Below the pieces are notes generated by a model. That model searched no databases, was not told the DNA's origin, and saw only the letters and a list, made by a program, of their open reading frames with translations. Below are positions 31,437-41,988 of a stretch of DNA of 64,000 nt, piece by piece; positions within the stretch are counted from its first letter, which is position 1, and each line of letters starts with the position of its first letter. Source of the stretch: Omnitrophica WOR_2 bacterium GWF2_43_52 (GTDB lineage: Bacteria; Omnitrophota; Gorgyraeia; Gygaellales; UBA12090); the NCBI GenBank assembly GCA_001805445.1, contig MHGF01000035.1:25279-89278 (forward strand). The letters are read 5' to 3'. Both the position numbers and the translations under genes were made by a program.

Positions 31437-32777
31437 ATGATTGGTGCCCTCCAGAATATTTTCAAGATCCCTGATTTAAGGCGCAAGGTTATGGTTACCT
31501 TGGGCCTTATTGCCGTTTACAGGCTTGGAGGATTTATCCCGACGCCGGGGATTGATTCTCAGGCATTGGCAGAGTTCTTTAAAAATATCGCGAAAAGCCA
31601 GGGCGGGCAAATCCTGGGTATTATGAACATGTTTTCAGGCGGTTCTTTGGAAAAACTTACTATTTTTGCGCTTGGGATAATGCCGTATATCTCAAGTTCT
31701 ATCATTATTCAGCTGCTTACCGCGGTTATCCCTGCTTTAGAAAAATTATCAAAGGAAGGAAAGGCCGGGCACCAAAAAATAAACCAGTTTACCCGCTATG
31801 CCACCGTAGGTTTAGCTATCATACAATCTTATTTTATCGCGCTATGGCTTGAACATCCGGGAAGGCTGCTTGAGGGTTTGAGTATTGTTTCTCATCCGGG
31901 ATTGAGCTTTCGGTTTCTTACGGTAATTACCCTGACCACAGGAACAATTTTTATTATGTGGCTGGGTGAGCAAATCCAGGAACGGGGCATCGGTAATGGC
32001 ATTTCCCTTATTATCTGCGCTGGTATTATCTCAAGCATTCCCGCGGCGCTGCAGCAACTTTTTCTGCTTATGTCCCCAAAGACACGGCAGCTTCATCCGT
32101 TTACGCTGCTCATTATGGCAGTATTACTTTTCGCGGTAATTTTCGCGGTTATTATGGTTACGCAAGGCCAGCGTAAGATTCCGGTGCAATACGCGCGCCG
32201 GGTGGTAGGAAGAAAGGTTTTTGGCGGGCAATCGACGTATATACCGCTTAAAGTGGACACCTCAGGAGTAATCGCGATTATTTTCGCCCAGTCAATCATT
32301 TTGTTTCCCGCGACGATAGCTTCATTTATTCCGAATGCGTCATTCCAAAAATTTGCTAACAGCCTTACGCGCGGCCATATCGCGTATACCCTGATTTACG
32401 CCCTTTTGATTATTTTCTTTTGCTATTTTTATACCGCGATTGTCTTTAATCCCAAGGATATTTCCGATAATATGAAAAAATACGGAGGTTTTATCCCCGG
32501 CATTAGGCCTGGGGAGCCCACCACCGAATTCCTTGATTTTGTAATGACCAGAATCACCTTGGCAGGGGCGCTCTTTATCGCGGTTATCGCGATCTTGCCT
32601 GATTTCATTATGGCGTGGCTTAACGTGCCGTATTTGCTGGCTTCCTTTTTTGGCGGCACAGGAATTTTGATTGTGGTTGGAGTAATGCTCGATACCCTTA
32701 AACAGATAGAATCACAGCTGTTGATGCGTAATTATGAAGGTTTTATTAAAGGCGCGCGTATCCAGGGAAGGCGCTAA
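31437..32777 (+). CDS. secY: Preprotein translocase SecY
   Basis: IFALGIMPYI, GIGNGIS, FIPGIRPG; about 10 TMs. Confidence 0.98.
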   Translation: MIGALQNIFKIPDLRRKVMVTLGLIAVYRLGGFIPTPGIDSQALAEFFKNIAKSQGGQILGIMNMFSGGSLEKLTIFALGIMPYISSSIIIQLLTAVIPALEKLSKEGKAGHQKINQFTRYATVGLAIIQSYFIALWLEHPGRLLEGLSIVSHPGLSFRFLTVITLTTGTIFIMWLGEQIQERGIGNGISLIICAGIISSIPAALQQLFLLMSPKTRQLHPFTLLIMAVLLFAVIFAVIMVTQGQRKIPVQYARRVVGRKVFGGQSTYIPLKVDTSGVIAIIFAQSIILFPATIASFIPNASFQKFANSLTRGHIAYTLIYALLIIFFCYFYTAIVFNPKDISDNMKKYGGFIPGIRPGEPTTEFLDFVMTRITLAGALFIAVIAILPDFIMAWLNVPYLLASFFGGTGILIVVGVMLDTLKQIESQLLMRNYEGFIKGARIQGRR

Positions 32778-32788
32778 AAAACTTTTCT

Positions 32789-33451
32789 ATGAAACTTGTC
32801 CTTTTAGGAGCTCCCGGTGCAGGCAAAGGCACGCAGGCTAAAGGTTTAAGCAAGGAATTGAAATTAGCGCATATTTCGACAGGGGATATTTTACGTATCG
32901 CTATTAAGGAAAATACACCCTTAGGGCAAAAGGCAAAGAGGTATGTGGAGACCGGTGAACTTGTTCCCGACAGCCTTGTTACCCAAATGGTCATTGAGCG
33001 ATTATCCTCAGATGATGTAAAAGATGGCTTTATTCTTGACGGTTTTCCAAGGAACAGGCAGCAGGCAAGCGATTTAGATAATTTTTTAAGCGGTAGAAAT
33101 ACGTGTAATTATTTTGTGCTTTATCTTGACGCGAGCGAAAAAACGTTGATTAAACGTTTAAGCGGCAGAAGGATTTGCCGTAAGTGCCAGGCAGTATATC
33201 ATTTGATTAATTTTCCTCCTCTTAAGGAAATGACCTGTGACCATTGTCAAGGAGAGTTATATCAACGCAGTGATGATAAGGAAGAAACGATAAAAAACAG
33301 GCTTGAGGTTTACCAGCGGCAGACTGCGCCGGTAGTCGAGTATTACTTTAAGCAAAAACGCCTTATTCATATTAAATCAGATGATGATGCCCCTCTGGTG
33401 TTACGCCAGATGCTTGAGGTTTTAGCAAAGCCATTTAGTTCGCGAAGCTAG
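32789..33451 (+). CDS. adk: Adenylate kinase (Zn-lid type)
   Basis: GAPGAGKGTQA, LDGFPR, CxxC...CxxC lid. Confidence 0.97.
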   Translation: MKLVLLGAPGAGKGTQAKGLSKELKLAHISTGDILRIAIKENTPLGQKAKRYVETGELVPDSLVTQMVIERLSSDDVKDGFILDGFPRNRQQASDLDNFLSGRNTCNYFVLYLDASEKTLIKRLSGRRICRKCQAVYHLINFPPLKEMTCDHCQGELYQRSDDKEETIKNRLEVYQRQTAPVVEYYFKQKRLIHIKSDDDAPLVLRQMLEVLAKPFSSRS

Positions 33452-33626
33452 TGCGCTGCTACAAGAGTTATCCTGCAGCGCACAAAGGGGGTGTGGGGGA
33501 GACCGTCCCCTACGCTTGGGGGGTGCTCAGCGATCCGCCGTAGGCGGAGAGCGCCGAAGGGGGGCTTGCCCCCATAGCGGAAGTGCTCTGTATTCCATAT
33601 AATAATTTATGTAACAGAGCACTAGC
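33447..33626. mobile_element. About 180-bp MITE-like element with imperfect 25-bp terminal inverted repeats
   Basis: GCTAGTGCGCTGCTACAAGAGTTAT vs reverse complement of right end GCTAGTGCTCTGTTACATAAATTAT; GC-rich hairpin core. Confidence 0.6.
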
Positions 33627-33663
33627 GGTAATGATGTGGGGCCAAGAGCTCTTTTGAAAAGAA

Positions 33664-34407
33664 ATGATTCCTATAAAGTCAGCGCTTGAGTTGGAGGCGA
33701 TGCGTAAGGCAGGGGCTCTGCTGGCAAGAATAGCCGATAAAATACGTACTACGATAGCCATAGGAAAATCGACAGAGGAAATTGACGCATTTGCCGAAGC
33801 GCTCATCCTCAAGGAAGGAGCGCTTCCAGCATTTAAAGGTTATCATGGGTTTCCAGCAAGTGTTTGTACTTCGATCAATGAAGAAGTGGTGCATGGAATT
33901 CCCTCTCAAAGACAGCTTAAGGACGGCGATATTCTTAAGCTTGATATAGGAATTAATGTAAACGGTTTCTATTCAGATTGCGCTTTTACCGTTCTTTTGG
34001 GTAATGTCAGCGGCAGGCAGCGCCGCCTGGTAGATGCGACAAAAAAGGCTCTCGATATAGGCCTCGCGCAGGCTTGGCCGAATAACCACCTCTATGATAT
34101 TTCTTCGGCAATACAGAAGTTCGTTGAAGCTCAGGGTTTTTCAGTTGTCAGGGATTTTGTAGGCCACGGCATAGGCCGTTTGATGCATGAGGCTCCGGAG
34201 GTTCCTAATTTCGGACAGCCGCATACAGGGCCAATTCTTAAGGAAGGAATGGTTCTGGCAATAGAGCCGATGGTGAATATGGGTACATGGGAAGTCGTTA
34301 TAGCCGATAATAAGTGGACAGCCCGTGCCAAGGATAATCTGGCATCCGCGCATTTTGAACATACGGTTGCGGTTACCGCAAACGGCCCTGAAATTTTGAC
34401 CAGGTGA
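33664..34407 (+). CDS. map: Methionine aminopeptidase type I
   Basis: [30 protein letters not shown]. Confidence 0.97.
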   Translation: MIPIKSALELEAMRKAGALLARIADKIRTTIAIGKSTEEIDAFAEALILKEGALPAFKGYHGFPASVCTSINEEVVHGIPSQRQLKDGDILKLDIGINVNGFYSDCAFTVLLGNVSGRQRRLVDATKKALDIGLAQAWPNNHLYDISSAIQKFVEAQGFSVVRDFVGHGIGRLMHEAPEVPNFGQPHTGPILKEGMVLAIEPMVNMGTWEVVIADNKWTARAKDNLASAHFEHTVAVTANGPEILTR

Positions 34408-34417
34408 TACATACTTT

Positions 34418-34636
34418 ATGCCTAAGGAAGATTGTATAGAAGTTGAAGGTGTGGTTAGAGAATGCCTGCCAAATGCGATGTTCCGAGTCGAATTGGACAA
34501 CGGCCATGTGGTATTAGCGCATGTTTCCGGAAAAATGCGGATGCATTTTATTCGTATCCTCGCCGGCGACAGAGTCAAAATGGAATTATCTCCGTACGAT
34601 TTAACCAGAGGCAGAATAACGTTTAGAGTAAAGTAG
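34418..34636 (+). CDS. infA: Translation initiation factor IF-1
   Basis: [20 protein letters not shown]. Confidence 0.98.
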   Translation: MPKEDCIEVEGVVRECLPNAMFRVELDNGHVVLAHVSGKMRMHFIRILAGDRVKMELSPYDLTRGRITFRVK

Positions 34637-34745
34637 GTTTTAGACATACAACCTACCTCTGCCGCTTTGCGAAGCAAAGCGGCAGAGGTTAATTCGCGCA
34701 ATACCTTAGCTTCACTATCGTTGGCTAAGGTATGCGCTCATTAAA

Positions 34746-34859
34746 ATGAAAGTAAAATCGTCAGTAAGAGTGATTTGTGACCGTTGCAAAATAATTCGCA
34801 GGCGCGGGGTAGTGCGTGTTATTTGTACAAACCCAAAACATAAGCAAAGACAGGGATAA
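34746..34859 (+). CDS. rpmJ: 50S ribosomal protein L36
   Basis: Manual translation [37 protein letters not shown]. Confidence 0.97.
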   Translation: MKVKSSVRVICDRCKIIRRRGVVRVICTNPKHKQRQG

Positions 34860-34860
34860 T

Positions 34861-34949
34861 TAAGTGTGTAAGTGTGTAAGTGTTAAGTGTGTAAGGGAAA
34901 CCTTTAAACTTTACACTAATACGCTTTACACTTCGAACGGAGTGAGGTT
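34861..34949. repeat. 7/8-mer tandem-repeat hairpin with CGAACGGAGTGAGG tail, rpmJ-rpsM spacer
   Basis: (TAAGTGTG)x4 opposite (CTTTACA-like)n; same family as 18231-18316. Confidence 0.8.
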
Positions 34950-35345
34950 ATGGCAAGAATAGTAGGTGTGGATTTACCTAAGAATAAGCGTGCGGAAATA
35001 GCGCTTACCTATCTTTATGGTATTGGGAGGGTGCTTTCAAATAAAATTCTTCATGAGACAGGCATTGACCCTAGTAAGCGGGCTAAGGATTTAACCGATG
35101 ATGAAGTTTCAAAGATTACTTTATGTATTCAGAAAAGTGGTTATAAGATTGAAGGTGATTTGCGCAGGGATATATCCGCGAATATAAAACGCCTCATGGA
35201 TATCGGCGCGTGGCGCGGGTTGCGCCACAAAAAAGGCCTGCCGGTAAGGGGGCAGCGTACAAGAACGAATGCCCGTACCCGTAAAGGGCCACGCAAGGGA
35301 GGCGCGCTTATCAGAAAGAAAGACGACGTAAAGGCGGCAAAATAA
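34950..35345 (+). CDS. rpsM: 30S ribosomal protein S13
   Basis: [25 protein letters not shown]. Confidence 0.98.
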   Translation: MARIVGVDLPKNKRAEIALTYLYGIGRVLSNKILHETGIDPSKRAKDLTDDEVSKITLCIQKSGYKIEGDLRRDISANIKRLMDIGAWRGLRHKKGLPVRGQRTRTNARTRKGPRKGGALIRKKDDVKAAK

Positions 35346-35416
35346 ACCTTTCGATAAGGTTAACGCTTCCGCTAAACATGGAAGCATAAGGGGGTCAAAC
35401 CAGCGAGGTAAGTATC

Positions 35417-35806
35417 ATGGCGACAAAGGATAAAGCACGGAAGAAGAAATTAGCAAAGGGTATTACCCATGCAACGGCACATATTTTGGCAAGTTTTAAT
35501 AACACAACGGTGAGTATTACCGATAAGCAGGGGAATGTGTTGGTATGGGCTACTCCCGGAATAGTGGGATATTCAGGCTCTAAAAAATCAACTCCTTTTG
35601 CCGCTCAGATTGCAGCCAGCGATGCCGCCAAAAGGGCTAGGGATATCGGGATAAAGGAGCTTGAAGTTTATGTAAAGGGCCCGGGATCGGGAAGGGAGTC
35701 CGCGATAAGGGCGCTTCAGGCGGCAGGATTAACCATCACGCTTATTAAAGATATAACTCCTATTCCTCATAATGGCTGCCGTCCGCAGAAAAAGAGAAGG
35801 GTATAA
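35417..35806 (+). CDS. rpsK: 30S ribosomal protein S11
   Basis: [18 protein letters not shown]. Confidence 0.98.
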   Translation: MATKDKARKKKLAKGITHATAHILASFNNTTVSITDKQGNVLVWATPGIVGYSGSKKSTPFAAQIAASDAAKRARDIGIKELEVYVKGPGSGRESAIRALQAAGLTITLIKDITPIPHNGCRPQKKRRV

Positions 35807-35877
35807 GGATACTGCTCAAGAACCGGTAGTATTCAAGTAGAAAAAGCTATTGATTTATAAAGGAGAAAATAACATTT

Positions 35878-36513
35878 ATGGCAAGGTATACGAGACCCGA
35901 TTGTAGGTTATGCCGTAGAGAAGGCATGAAGCTTTTCTTGAAAGGCACACGCTGCCATACGGAGAAATGCGCTATCGCCAAGAGAGCGTATGCCCCTGGC
36001 CAGCATGGGCCGACCAGCAGAAAAGGGCATAAGCTTTCTAACTATGGAATACAATTAAGAGAAAAACAGAAAGTAAAAAGGATATATGGCGTTTTGGAGA
36101 AACAATTCAGGCGTTATTTTGAAACTGCATCAAGGACCAAAGGCGTTACCGGAAAGATCCTGATGCAGCTTTTAGAGCGGCGCCTTGACAATGCCGTCTT
36201 TCAGGCAGGGTTCGCGCTTTCACGCGATCAGGCTCGTCAAATGGTAAGCCATGGGTGGGTGTATGTGAATCAGCATAGAGTAACGGTTCCTTCGTATTTA
36301 ATCAAAAGTAATGATACCATTGAGTTAAAAGTCAAGGACAAAGGGCTTGAATTGTTACGGCAGAATTTGAAGCTTTCCGCGGACCGGACAAGGCCGGGAT
36401 GGCTTGAGACTAATGCTGAAAACTGTAGCGCAAGGATTTCAAAGCTGCCGGAGGGCAAGGATATCACCCTGCCTATACAAGAGCAGCTGATCGTCGAGTT
36501 ATATTCCAAATAG
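35878..36513 (+). CDS. rpsD: 30S ribosomal protein S4
   Basis: CRLCRREG, QLREKQK, LERRLDN, IVELYSK. Confidence 0.98.
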   Translation: MARYTRPDCRLCRREGMKLFLKGTRCHTEKCAIAKRAYAPGQHGPTSRKGHKLSNYGIQLREKQKVKRIYGVLEKQFRRYFETASRTKGVTGKILMQLLERRLDNAVFQAGFALSRDQARQMVSHGWVYVNQHRVTVPSYLIKSNDTIELKVKDKGLELLRQNLKLSADRTRPGWLETNAENCSARISKLPEGKDITLPIQEQLIVELYSK

Positions 36514-36530
36514 AAGTAATAATAATTGCT

Positions 36531-36590
36531 GCGTTTACCATCTACCGTTTACGGTGAACGGTTAACGGTAAACGAAACGTTATTTTTAGC
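36531..36590. repeat. Heptamer-repeat hairpin, rpsD-rpoA spacer
   Basis: CGTTTAC...CGTTTAC opposite GGTGAAC GGTTAAC GGTAAAC; shares its tail with 9766-9840. Confidence 0.7.
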
Positions 36591-36604
36591 AGAGGAGAAG
36601 AAAT

Positions 36605-37597
36605 ATGGGTATAAAGTGGCGAGATTTCCAGATGCCCAAAAGGCTTGAGTGCGATGAATCAAGCTATAGCCAGACATATGGAAAATTTATGGCTGAGCCT
36701 TTTGAGAGAGGTTACGGGGTTACCTTAGGGAATTCCTTAAGAAGAGTGCTTTTATCTTCTATAGACGGGGCAGCGGTAACCAGTATAAAGTTTGAGGCAA
36801 GCCAGCATGAGTTTTCCGCGCTTCCCGGAGTTGTCGAGGATGTAACGGAAATGATACTCAATATTAAGAAACTTGTCTTGCGTTCTCACTCTAAAACACC
36901 GAAAACGATGTATATAAAGAAGAAACACAAGGGAGAAATTACTGCGGCGGATATTGAAACCGATGAAACGATAGAGGTAATCAATAAGGGCCTGCATATT
37001 GCTACGTTGACAAAGGATACCACGTTTTCTTTGGAGATGGAAGTGGCAAAAGGCAGAGGGTATGTGGCCGCGGAATTCAATAAAAAGGAAGACCAGCCTA
37101 TCGGAGTTATCGCGATTGATTCTATTTTCAGCCCGGTAATTAAGGTTGCCTTTACCACCGAGAATGCCCGTGTAGGACAAAGGACAGATTATGACCGCCT
37201 CATCTTAGAAATCTGGACTAACGGCGCGATGAGCCCTAAAGACGCTTTGTTGTACGCGTCGAATATTTTGCAGAGGCATTTGGATGTATTTGTGAATTTT
37301 GGCAAACTTCCGGAAGAGGAAATAGAACAAGAACCTGATATGCAGCCGGATGAAATAGTCTTATATGAGAAATTAAGGCTCCCTATAGCAGAGTTGGAAT
37401 TGTCAGTGCGTTCTTCAAATTGTTTTAGCGAGGAAGGCATAAAGACAATCGCGGATTTGGTCAAGCACTCAGAGGATGAGATGCTCTCTTTGCGTAATTT
37501 CGGAAAGAAATCACTCACAGAAATTAAAGAGCTGCTCGCGTCTATGGGGCTTAGTTTAGGGATGAAGGTAGATAACAAAAAAATAAAACAGAAATAG
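36605..37597 (+). CDS. rpoA: RNA polymerase alpha subunit
   Basis: EPFERGYGVTLGNSLRR, ELSVRS, NFGKKSL. Confidence 0.98.
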   Translation: MGIKWRDFQMPKRLECDESSYSQTYGKFMAEPFERGYGVTLGNSLRRVLLSSIDGAAVTSIKFEASQHEFSALPGVVEDVTEMILNIKKLVLRSHSKTPKTMYIKKKHKGEITAADIETDETIEVINKGLHIATLTKDTTFSLEMEVAKGRGYVAAEFNKKEDQPIGVIAIDSIFSPVIKVAFTTENARVGQRTDYDRLILEIWTNGAMSPKDALLYASNILQRHLDVFVNFGKLPEEEIEQEPDMQPDEIVLYEKLRLPIAELELSVRSSNCFSEEGIKTIADLVKHSEDEMLSLRNFGKKSLTEIKELLASMGLSLGMKVDNKKIKQK

Positions 37598-37660
37598 GCG
37601 GCTTGTAAGCGTTGCGTGGAGAAATAAGTATCTTCGCGCACTGTTTGGGGCTGGCGACAT

Positions 37661-38203
37661 ATGCGACATAAAATGCGGACGAATCGTTTTAACAGGTTCA
37701 GCAGCTTAAGAAAAGCTACGGTGAATTCACTTGCCCGGTCAGTTATTATTCATGACGCAATTACAACAACCCAGGTGAAAGCAAAAGCAGCGGCGCAGGA
37801 AGTAGAGCACTTGATTACGCTCGCGAAAAAAAATACCTTGTCGGCAAAACGGCGGGCATTTCGAGTGCTTTTAGACCATGCGTTAGTAAGCAGGTTGTTT
37901 AGCCAGACAGCACCGTTATTTAAAGAACGGCAAAGCGGCTTTACCCGGATTTTAAAAACCGGCACCCGGCGCGGGGACGGGGCTCAGATGGTAATCTTGG
38001 AGCTTACCGAGAAGCTCAAGAAGGAAAAGAAAGTAAAAAAAGAAAAGGCCGTTGAGGCTGCCCATGAGCATCCGGCTGTTCATGAGGAAAAACCTCACGC
38101 AGCCAAAGAAGAAAAGCAAAGGCCATCTGAAAAGAAAGAGCCTACGAAGAAATTCCTTGGTGGTTTGAAAGGGTTCTTTAAGAAAGAAAGAGATTCATTG
38201 TGA
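37661..38203 (+). CDS. rplQ: 50S ribosomal protein L17 with long C-terminal extension
   Basis: MRH, LITLAK, GFTRILK, RRGDGA. Confidence 0.96.
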   Translation: MRHKMRTNRFNRFSSLRKATVNSLARSVIIHDAITTTQVKAKAAAQEVEHLITLAKKNTLSAKRRAFRVLLDHALVSRLFSQTAPLFKERQSGFTRILKTGTRRGDGAQMVILELTEKLKKEKKVKKEKAVEAAHEHPAVHEEKPHAAKEEKQRPSEKKEPTKKFLGGLKGFFKKERDSL

Positions 38204-38294
38204 GGTTTTGCCTTTTAACCCGAATCGTGCGTTAGGAATGGATGAAGATTAGCCATATTCGCCATTATCTAATGCGCAATTTGGGTTTACATAC

Positions 38295-39458
38295 ATGTTT
38301 CTTTCTAAAAGAGTCAAAGATTTAAGTCCTTCCTCAACTTTACAGATAACGTCGCTTGCAAAAAAACTTGCATCTGAAGGCATCGATGTCGTGAGTTTTG
38401 GAGCAGGTGAGCCTGACTTTGATACGCCTGATTTTATTAAGGAGGCGGCAATTGAAGCAATCCGTAAAGGGTTTACGAAATACACTCCTTCTACAGGCAC
38501 CCTTGAATTACGTAAGGCCATCCAGGAGAAGTTCAAAAAAGACAATAATCTCACCTATACCCCGGAGCAAATTGTCGTTTCTTCTGGGGCAAAACACAGC
38601 CTCTTTAATATTATTATAGCGCTTATCGATGACGATGATGAGGTTATCATTGGTGCGCCGTATTGGGTAAGTTATCCTGAAATGGTGAAGGCCTCAGGCG
38701 GCAGCTCCCGTTTTATCCTTACCAAAGAGGAAGATGATTTTAAAATAACCCCTGCCCAATTAAAAAAAGCTATCTCAAAAAAATCAAAGGCATTGATTAT
38801 CAATAGCCCATCAAACCCTACAGGGATGGTTTACACAAGGCAGGAATTAAAGGAAATTGCCGATATCTGCGACGCGCACAATCTTTATATCATTTCGGAT
38901 GAGATTTATGAGAAATTGATTTATGACGGGCTGGAGCATATTTCCATCGCCAGTCTGGGAAATCATGCCTACAGCCGCACGTTCACTGTTAACGGCGTTT
39001 CCAAGGCATATTCAATGACCGGCTGGCGTATTGGTTACTGCGCGGGCCCCCCAGAGATACTCAATGCCATAAAAAACCTTCAGGATCATTCTACCTCTAA
39101 TCCTTGCTCAATTTCACAGGCTGCCGCGCTCAAAGCGCTTACGAGTTCCGACGAATGGACAAAGAAGCTGTGTAAGGAGTTTGAGAGCAGGCGGGATTAC
39201 CTCATGAAGCGTATCGACGGAATTCCTGGTTTAACTTACCGTAAGCCGCAAGGGGCGTTTTACCTTTTCTGTAATATCGCAAAGACAGCTCTTACGTCGC
39301 AGGAATTTTCGATGCGCCTCTTGAAGGAAGAAAGTGTCGCGGTAATCCCGGGAGACGGTTTTGGCTGTGATGATTACATTCGTTTAAGTTTTGCTGTCAA
39401 CGTGGAAACGATAAAAAAAGGAATTGATAGGTTGGAGAGCTGGTTAAAGAAGATATGA
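38295..39458 (+). CDS. PLP-dependent class I/II (aspartate-type) aminotransferase
   Basis: GEPDF, NSPSNPTG, SDEIY, SKAYSMTGWRIG. Confidence 0.92.
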   Translation: MFLSKRVKDLSPSSTLQITSLAKKLASEGIDVVSFGAGEPDFDTPDFIKEAAIEAIRKGFTKYTPSTGTLELRKAIQEKFKKDNNLTYTPEQIVVSSGAKHSLFNIIIALIDDDDEVIIGAPYWVSYPEMVKASGGSSRFILTKEEDDFKITPAQLKKAISKKSKALIINSPSNPTGMVYTRQELKEIADICDAHNLYIISDEIYEKLIYDGLEHISIASLGNHAYSRTFTVNGVSKAYSMTGWRIGYCAGPPEILNAIKNLQDHSTSNPCSISQAAALKALTSSDEWTKKLCKEFESRRDYLMKRIDGIPGLTYRKPQGAFYLFCNIAKTALTSQEFSMRLLKEESVAVIPGDGFGCDDYIRLSFAVNVETIKKGIDRLESWLKKI

Positions 39459-39534
39459 ATTTACCCGCCACAAAACGCCCGCCACAAAGCGTTGGCGGGT
39501 TCAACTCGCTTGATGAAAATGGGAACTCGTTGAA

Positions 39535-40791
39535 ATGGGTAAAACAATTGCCGAAAAAATCTTAAGCGCGCACGCGCGCGCTGATATAAAAGCTGGTGAT
39601 TTCGCGGTCTGTTCTATAGATTTTTGTTTTGGCCAAGACGGCACAAGCGCGATTATTATTGACCGCATAAAGGAGCTGGGGGTAGAGAAGATATTCGACA
39701 GCAAAAAGTTTTGTATGGTCATCGACCATAATTCTCCCGCTCCGAATCTCGGCGCGTCAGGGGTACAAAAAAAGATGCGCGATTTCGCTCGAACACACAA
39801 CGCGCTTCTCTATGATATTAACTGCGGGGTTTGCCATCAGATAATCCCTGAGAAAGGCCATATTCTTCCCGGGCATTTAGTCGTGGGTGCCGATTCGCAT
39901 ACCTGTACCTATGGGGCATTAGGCGCGTTGTCGACAGGAGTCGGTTCTACGGATTTAGCAGTCGCGCTTGCAACCGGTAAAAACTGGTTTAAGGCGCCTG
40001 AGACGATAAAAATAATCCTTAAAGGCAGGATTCCTAAGGGGGTTTTTGCCAAAGATATCCTTTTATATATCGCCGGCGATCTCACGGCAAACGGCGCGAC
40101 ATACCATGCCTTAGAGTTTTATGGGCCGGCAATAGCTCAGTTAAGCATGGATGGGCGTTTTACCATGTGCAATATGGTCGTAGAACTCGGCGCGAAATGC
40201 GGTTTTATGCCTGTGGATGAAAAGACAACGCAGTGGTTGAGCAAAAGGACTAATAAAAAATACACCGTCTACGAAGCAGATGCCGATGCCCGGTATATCG
40301 CAGTGAAAGAATACGATGTGTCAAAGATACCCCCGTCTCTTGCCAAACCTCATACCGTCGATAATTACGCGGCAATACAGGATGTAAAGGGCACGCGTAT
40401 CAATGAAGCATTCATAGGCACCTGTACAAACGGCAGGCTTGAAGATTTAAAAATCGCGGCAAGGATTTTAAAGAATAAGAAAATAAAACAGGGGGTTAAA
40501 TTAATTATCGCTCCTGCTTCACAAGATATCTATAGGGAGGCATTAAAAGGAGGGCTGATAGAAACATTTATCAATGCTGGCGCGGTAGTGCTTAATCCCG
40601 GGTGCGGCCCCTGCGTGGGAACGCACCAGGGTGTTCCTGCCGATGGTGAAGTGGTTATTTCAACGGCGAACCGTAATTTTATCGGCCGTATGGGAAACCC
40701 AAAAGCTTTTATTTACCTTGCCTCTCCAGCAACGGTTGCTGCTTCCGCGCTTTTAGGAAAGATTGCGGATCCTCGGAAATATTTTAAATGA
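39535..40791 (+). CDS. Aconitase-family dehydratase large subunit (LeuC/HacA-like)
   Basis: DSHTCTYGA, GTCTNGR, CGPCVG, STANRNFIGRMG. Confidence 0.9.
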   Translation: MGKTIAEKILSAHARADIKAGDFAVCSIDFCFGQDGTSAIIIDRIKELGVEKIFDSKKFCMVIDHNSPAPNLGASGVQKKMRDFARTHNALLYDINCGVCHQIIPEKGHILPGHLVVGADSHTCTYGALGALSTGVGSTDLAVALATGKNWFKAPETIKIILKGRIPKGVFAKDILLYIAGDLTANGATYHALEFYGPAIAQLSMDGRFTMCNMVVELGAKCGFMPVDEKTTQWLSKRTNKKYTVYEADADARYIAVKEYDVSKIPPSLAKPHTVDNYAAIQDVKGTRINEAFIGTCTNGRLEDLKIAARILKNKKIKQGVKLIIAPASQDIYREALKGGLIETFINAGAVVLNPGCGPCVGTHQGVPADGEVVISTANRNFIGRMGNPKAFIYLASPATVAASALLGKIADPRKYFK

Positions 40792-40855
40792 ACCCGGCTT
40801 TCTAAAAATGAGGCTTATAGCCTTTTGTTGGGTATGCGCACGGTGAAGGAGAAAA

Positions 40856-41902
40856 ATGGATATTAAAGAATTACTTACCTCAGTTGTGGAAAATAATGCT
40901 TCAGACCTGCATCTGACAGCGCATGAGCCTCCGATATTACGTATGGATGGTGTATTGCAACGCACGAGTTTTGACGCCCTTGAAGCTGATGACCTGAAGC
41001 GGCTTATTTATAGTGTTTTAAACGATACTCAGAAGACTGAATTTGAGAGAGAGCTAGAACTTGATTTTTCACTCGCGCTTCCTGATTTTGACCGTTTCCG
41101 TGTAAACGTCCATATGCAGAAAGGATGCGTGGAGGCGGCGCTCCGAAGGGTTCCTTTAGAGATTCCATCGTTAGATAAGCTTATGCTTCCTAAGGTTGCC
41201 GAGGATTTGGCGCGAAAACCTAATGGTTTAGTGTTAGTTACCGGGCCTACCGGAGCGGGAAAGACCACAACCCTTGCGGCGATGATAGATATGATAAATC
41301 GCGAGCGGGAGTCTATTATTATCTGTATTGAAGACCCTATAGAATTTATCCATGCCAATAAAAAGAGCGTGGTAAAACAGCGCGAGGTATACGCGGATAC
41401 TAAGTCGTTTGCCAATGCGCTTCGCCATGTGCTTAGAGAAGACCCTAATACTATTATGGTAGGAGAAATGCGCGATCTGGAAACTATTTCAACAACGCTT
41501 ACCGCGGCGGAGACCGGGCATTTGGTATTTGCGACCCTGCATACCCCTAATGCCCCTCAGACGATTCAGCGTATCATTGACGTTTTCCCTCCGACGCAGC
41601 AAACGCAGATTAAATTGCAGCTCGCGGATTGCCTCCAGGGCGTTGTTTCGCAGCTGCTTTTGCCCCATGTCAGCGGCAGGGGCAGGGTATTGGCAACGGA
41701 GATTATGGTGGCGACCCCCGGTATTCGAAATCTTATCCGCGAGCAGGAAATAGAGCAAATCCCGACGCTTATGCAGACAGGCGCGCAGTTTGGGATGAAG
41801 ACCATGGATAAGTGTTTAAAAGAGCTATTTCAGAACGGCCTCATCAGTTTAGAGACCGCGATGTCAAAAGTAAAGAATGTAGAGGAGTTCCGCAGCCTGT
41901 AA
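40856..41902 (+). CDS. pilT: Type IV pilus retraction ATPase PilT
   Basis: ASDLHL, GPTGAGKTTT, EDPIEF, GEMRD, ATLHT, IRNLIRE. Confidence 0.9.
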   Translation: MDIKELLTSVVENNASDLHLTAHEPPILRMDGVLQRTSFDALEADDLKRLIYSVLNDTQKTEFERELELDFSLALPDFDRFRVNVHMQKGCVEAALRRVPLEIPSLDKLMLPKVAEDLARKPNGLVLVTGPTGAGKTTTLAAMIDMINRERESIIICIEDPIEFIHANKKSVVKQREVYADTKSFANALRHVLREDPNTIMVGEMRDLETISTTLTAAETGHLVFATLHTPNAPQTIQRIIDVFPPTQQTQIKLQLADCLQGVVSQLLLPHVSGRGRVLATEIMVATPGIRNLIREQEIEQIPTLMQTGAQFGMKTMDKCLKELFQNGLISLETAMSKVKNVEEFRSL

Positions 41903-41988
41903 GATTTTATTTCATTAGGGAATACCCTACGCTTCGCTTTAGGGTAAAATCATATTTCGTTAACGAAATATTATTTTAAGAGAGAAAG

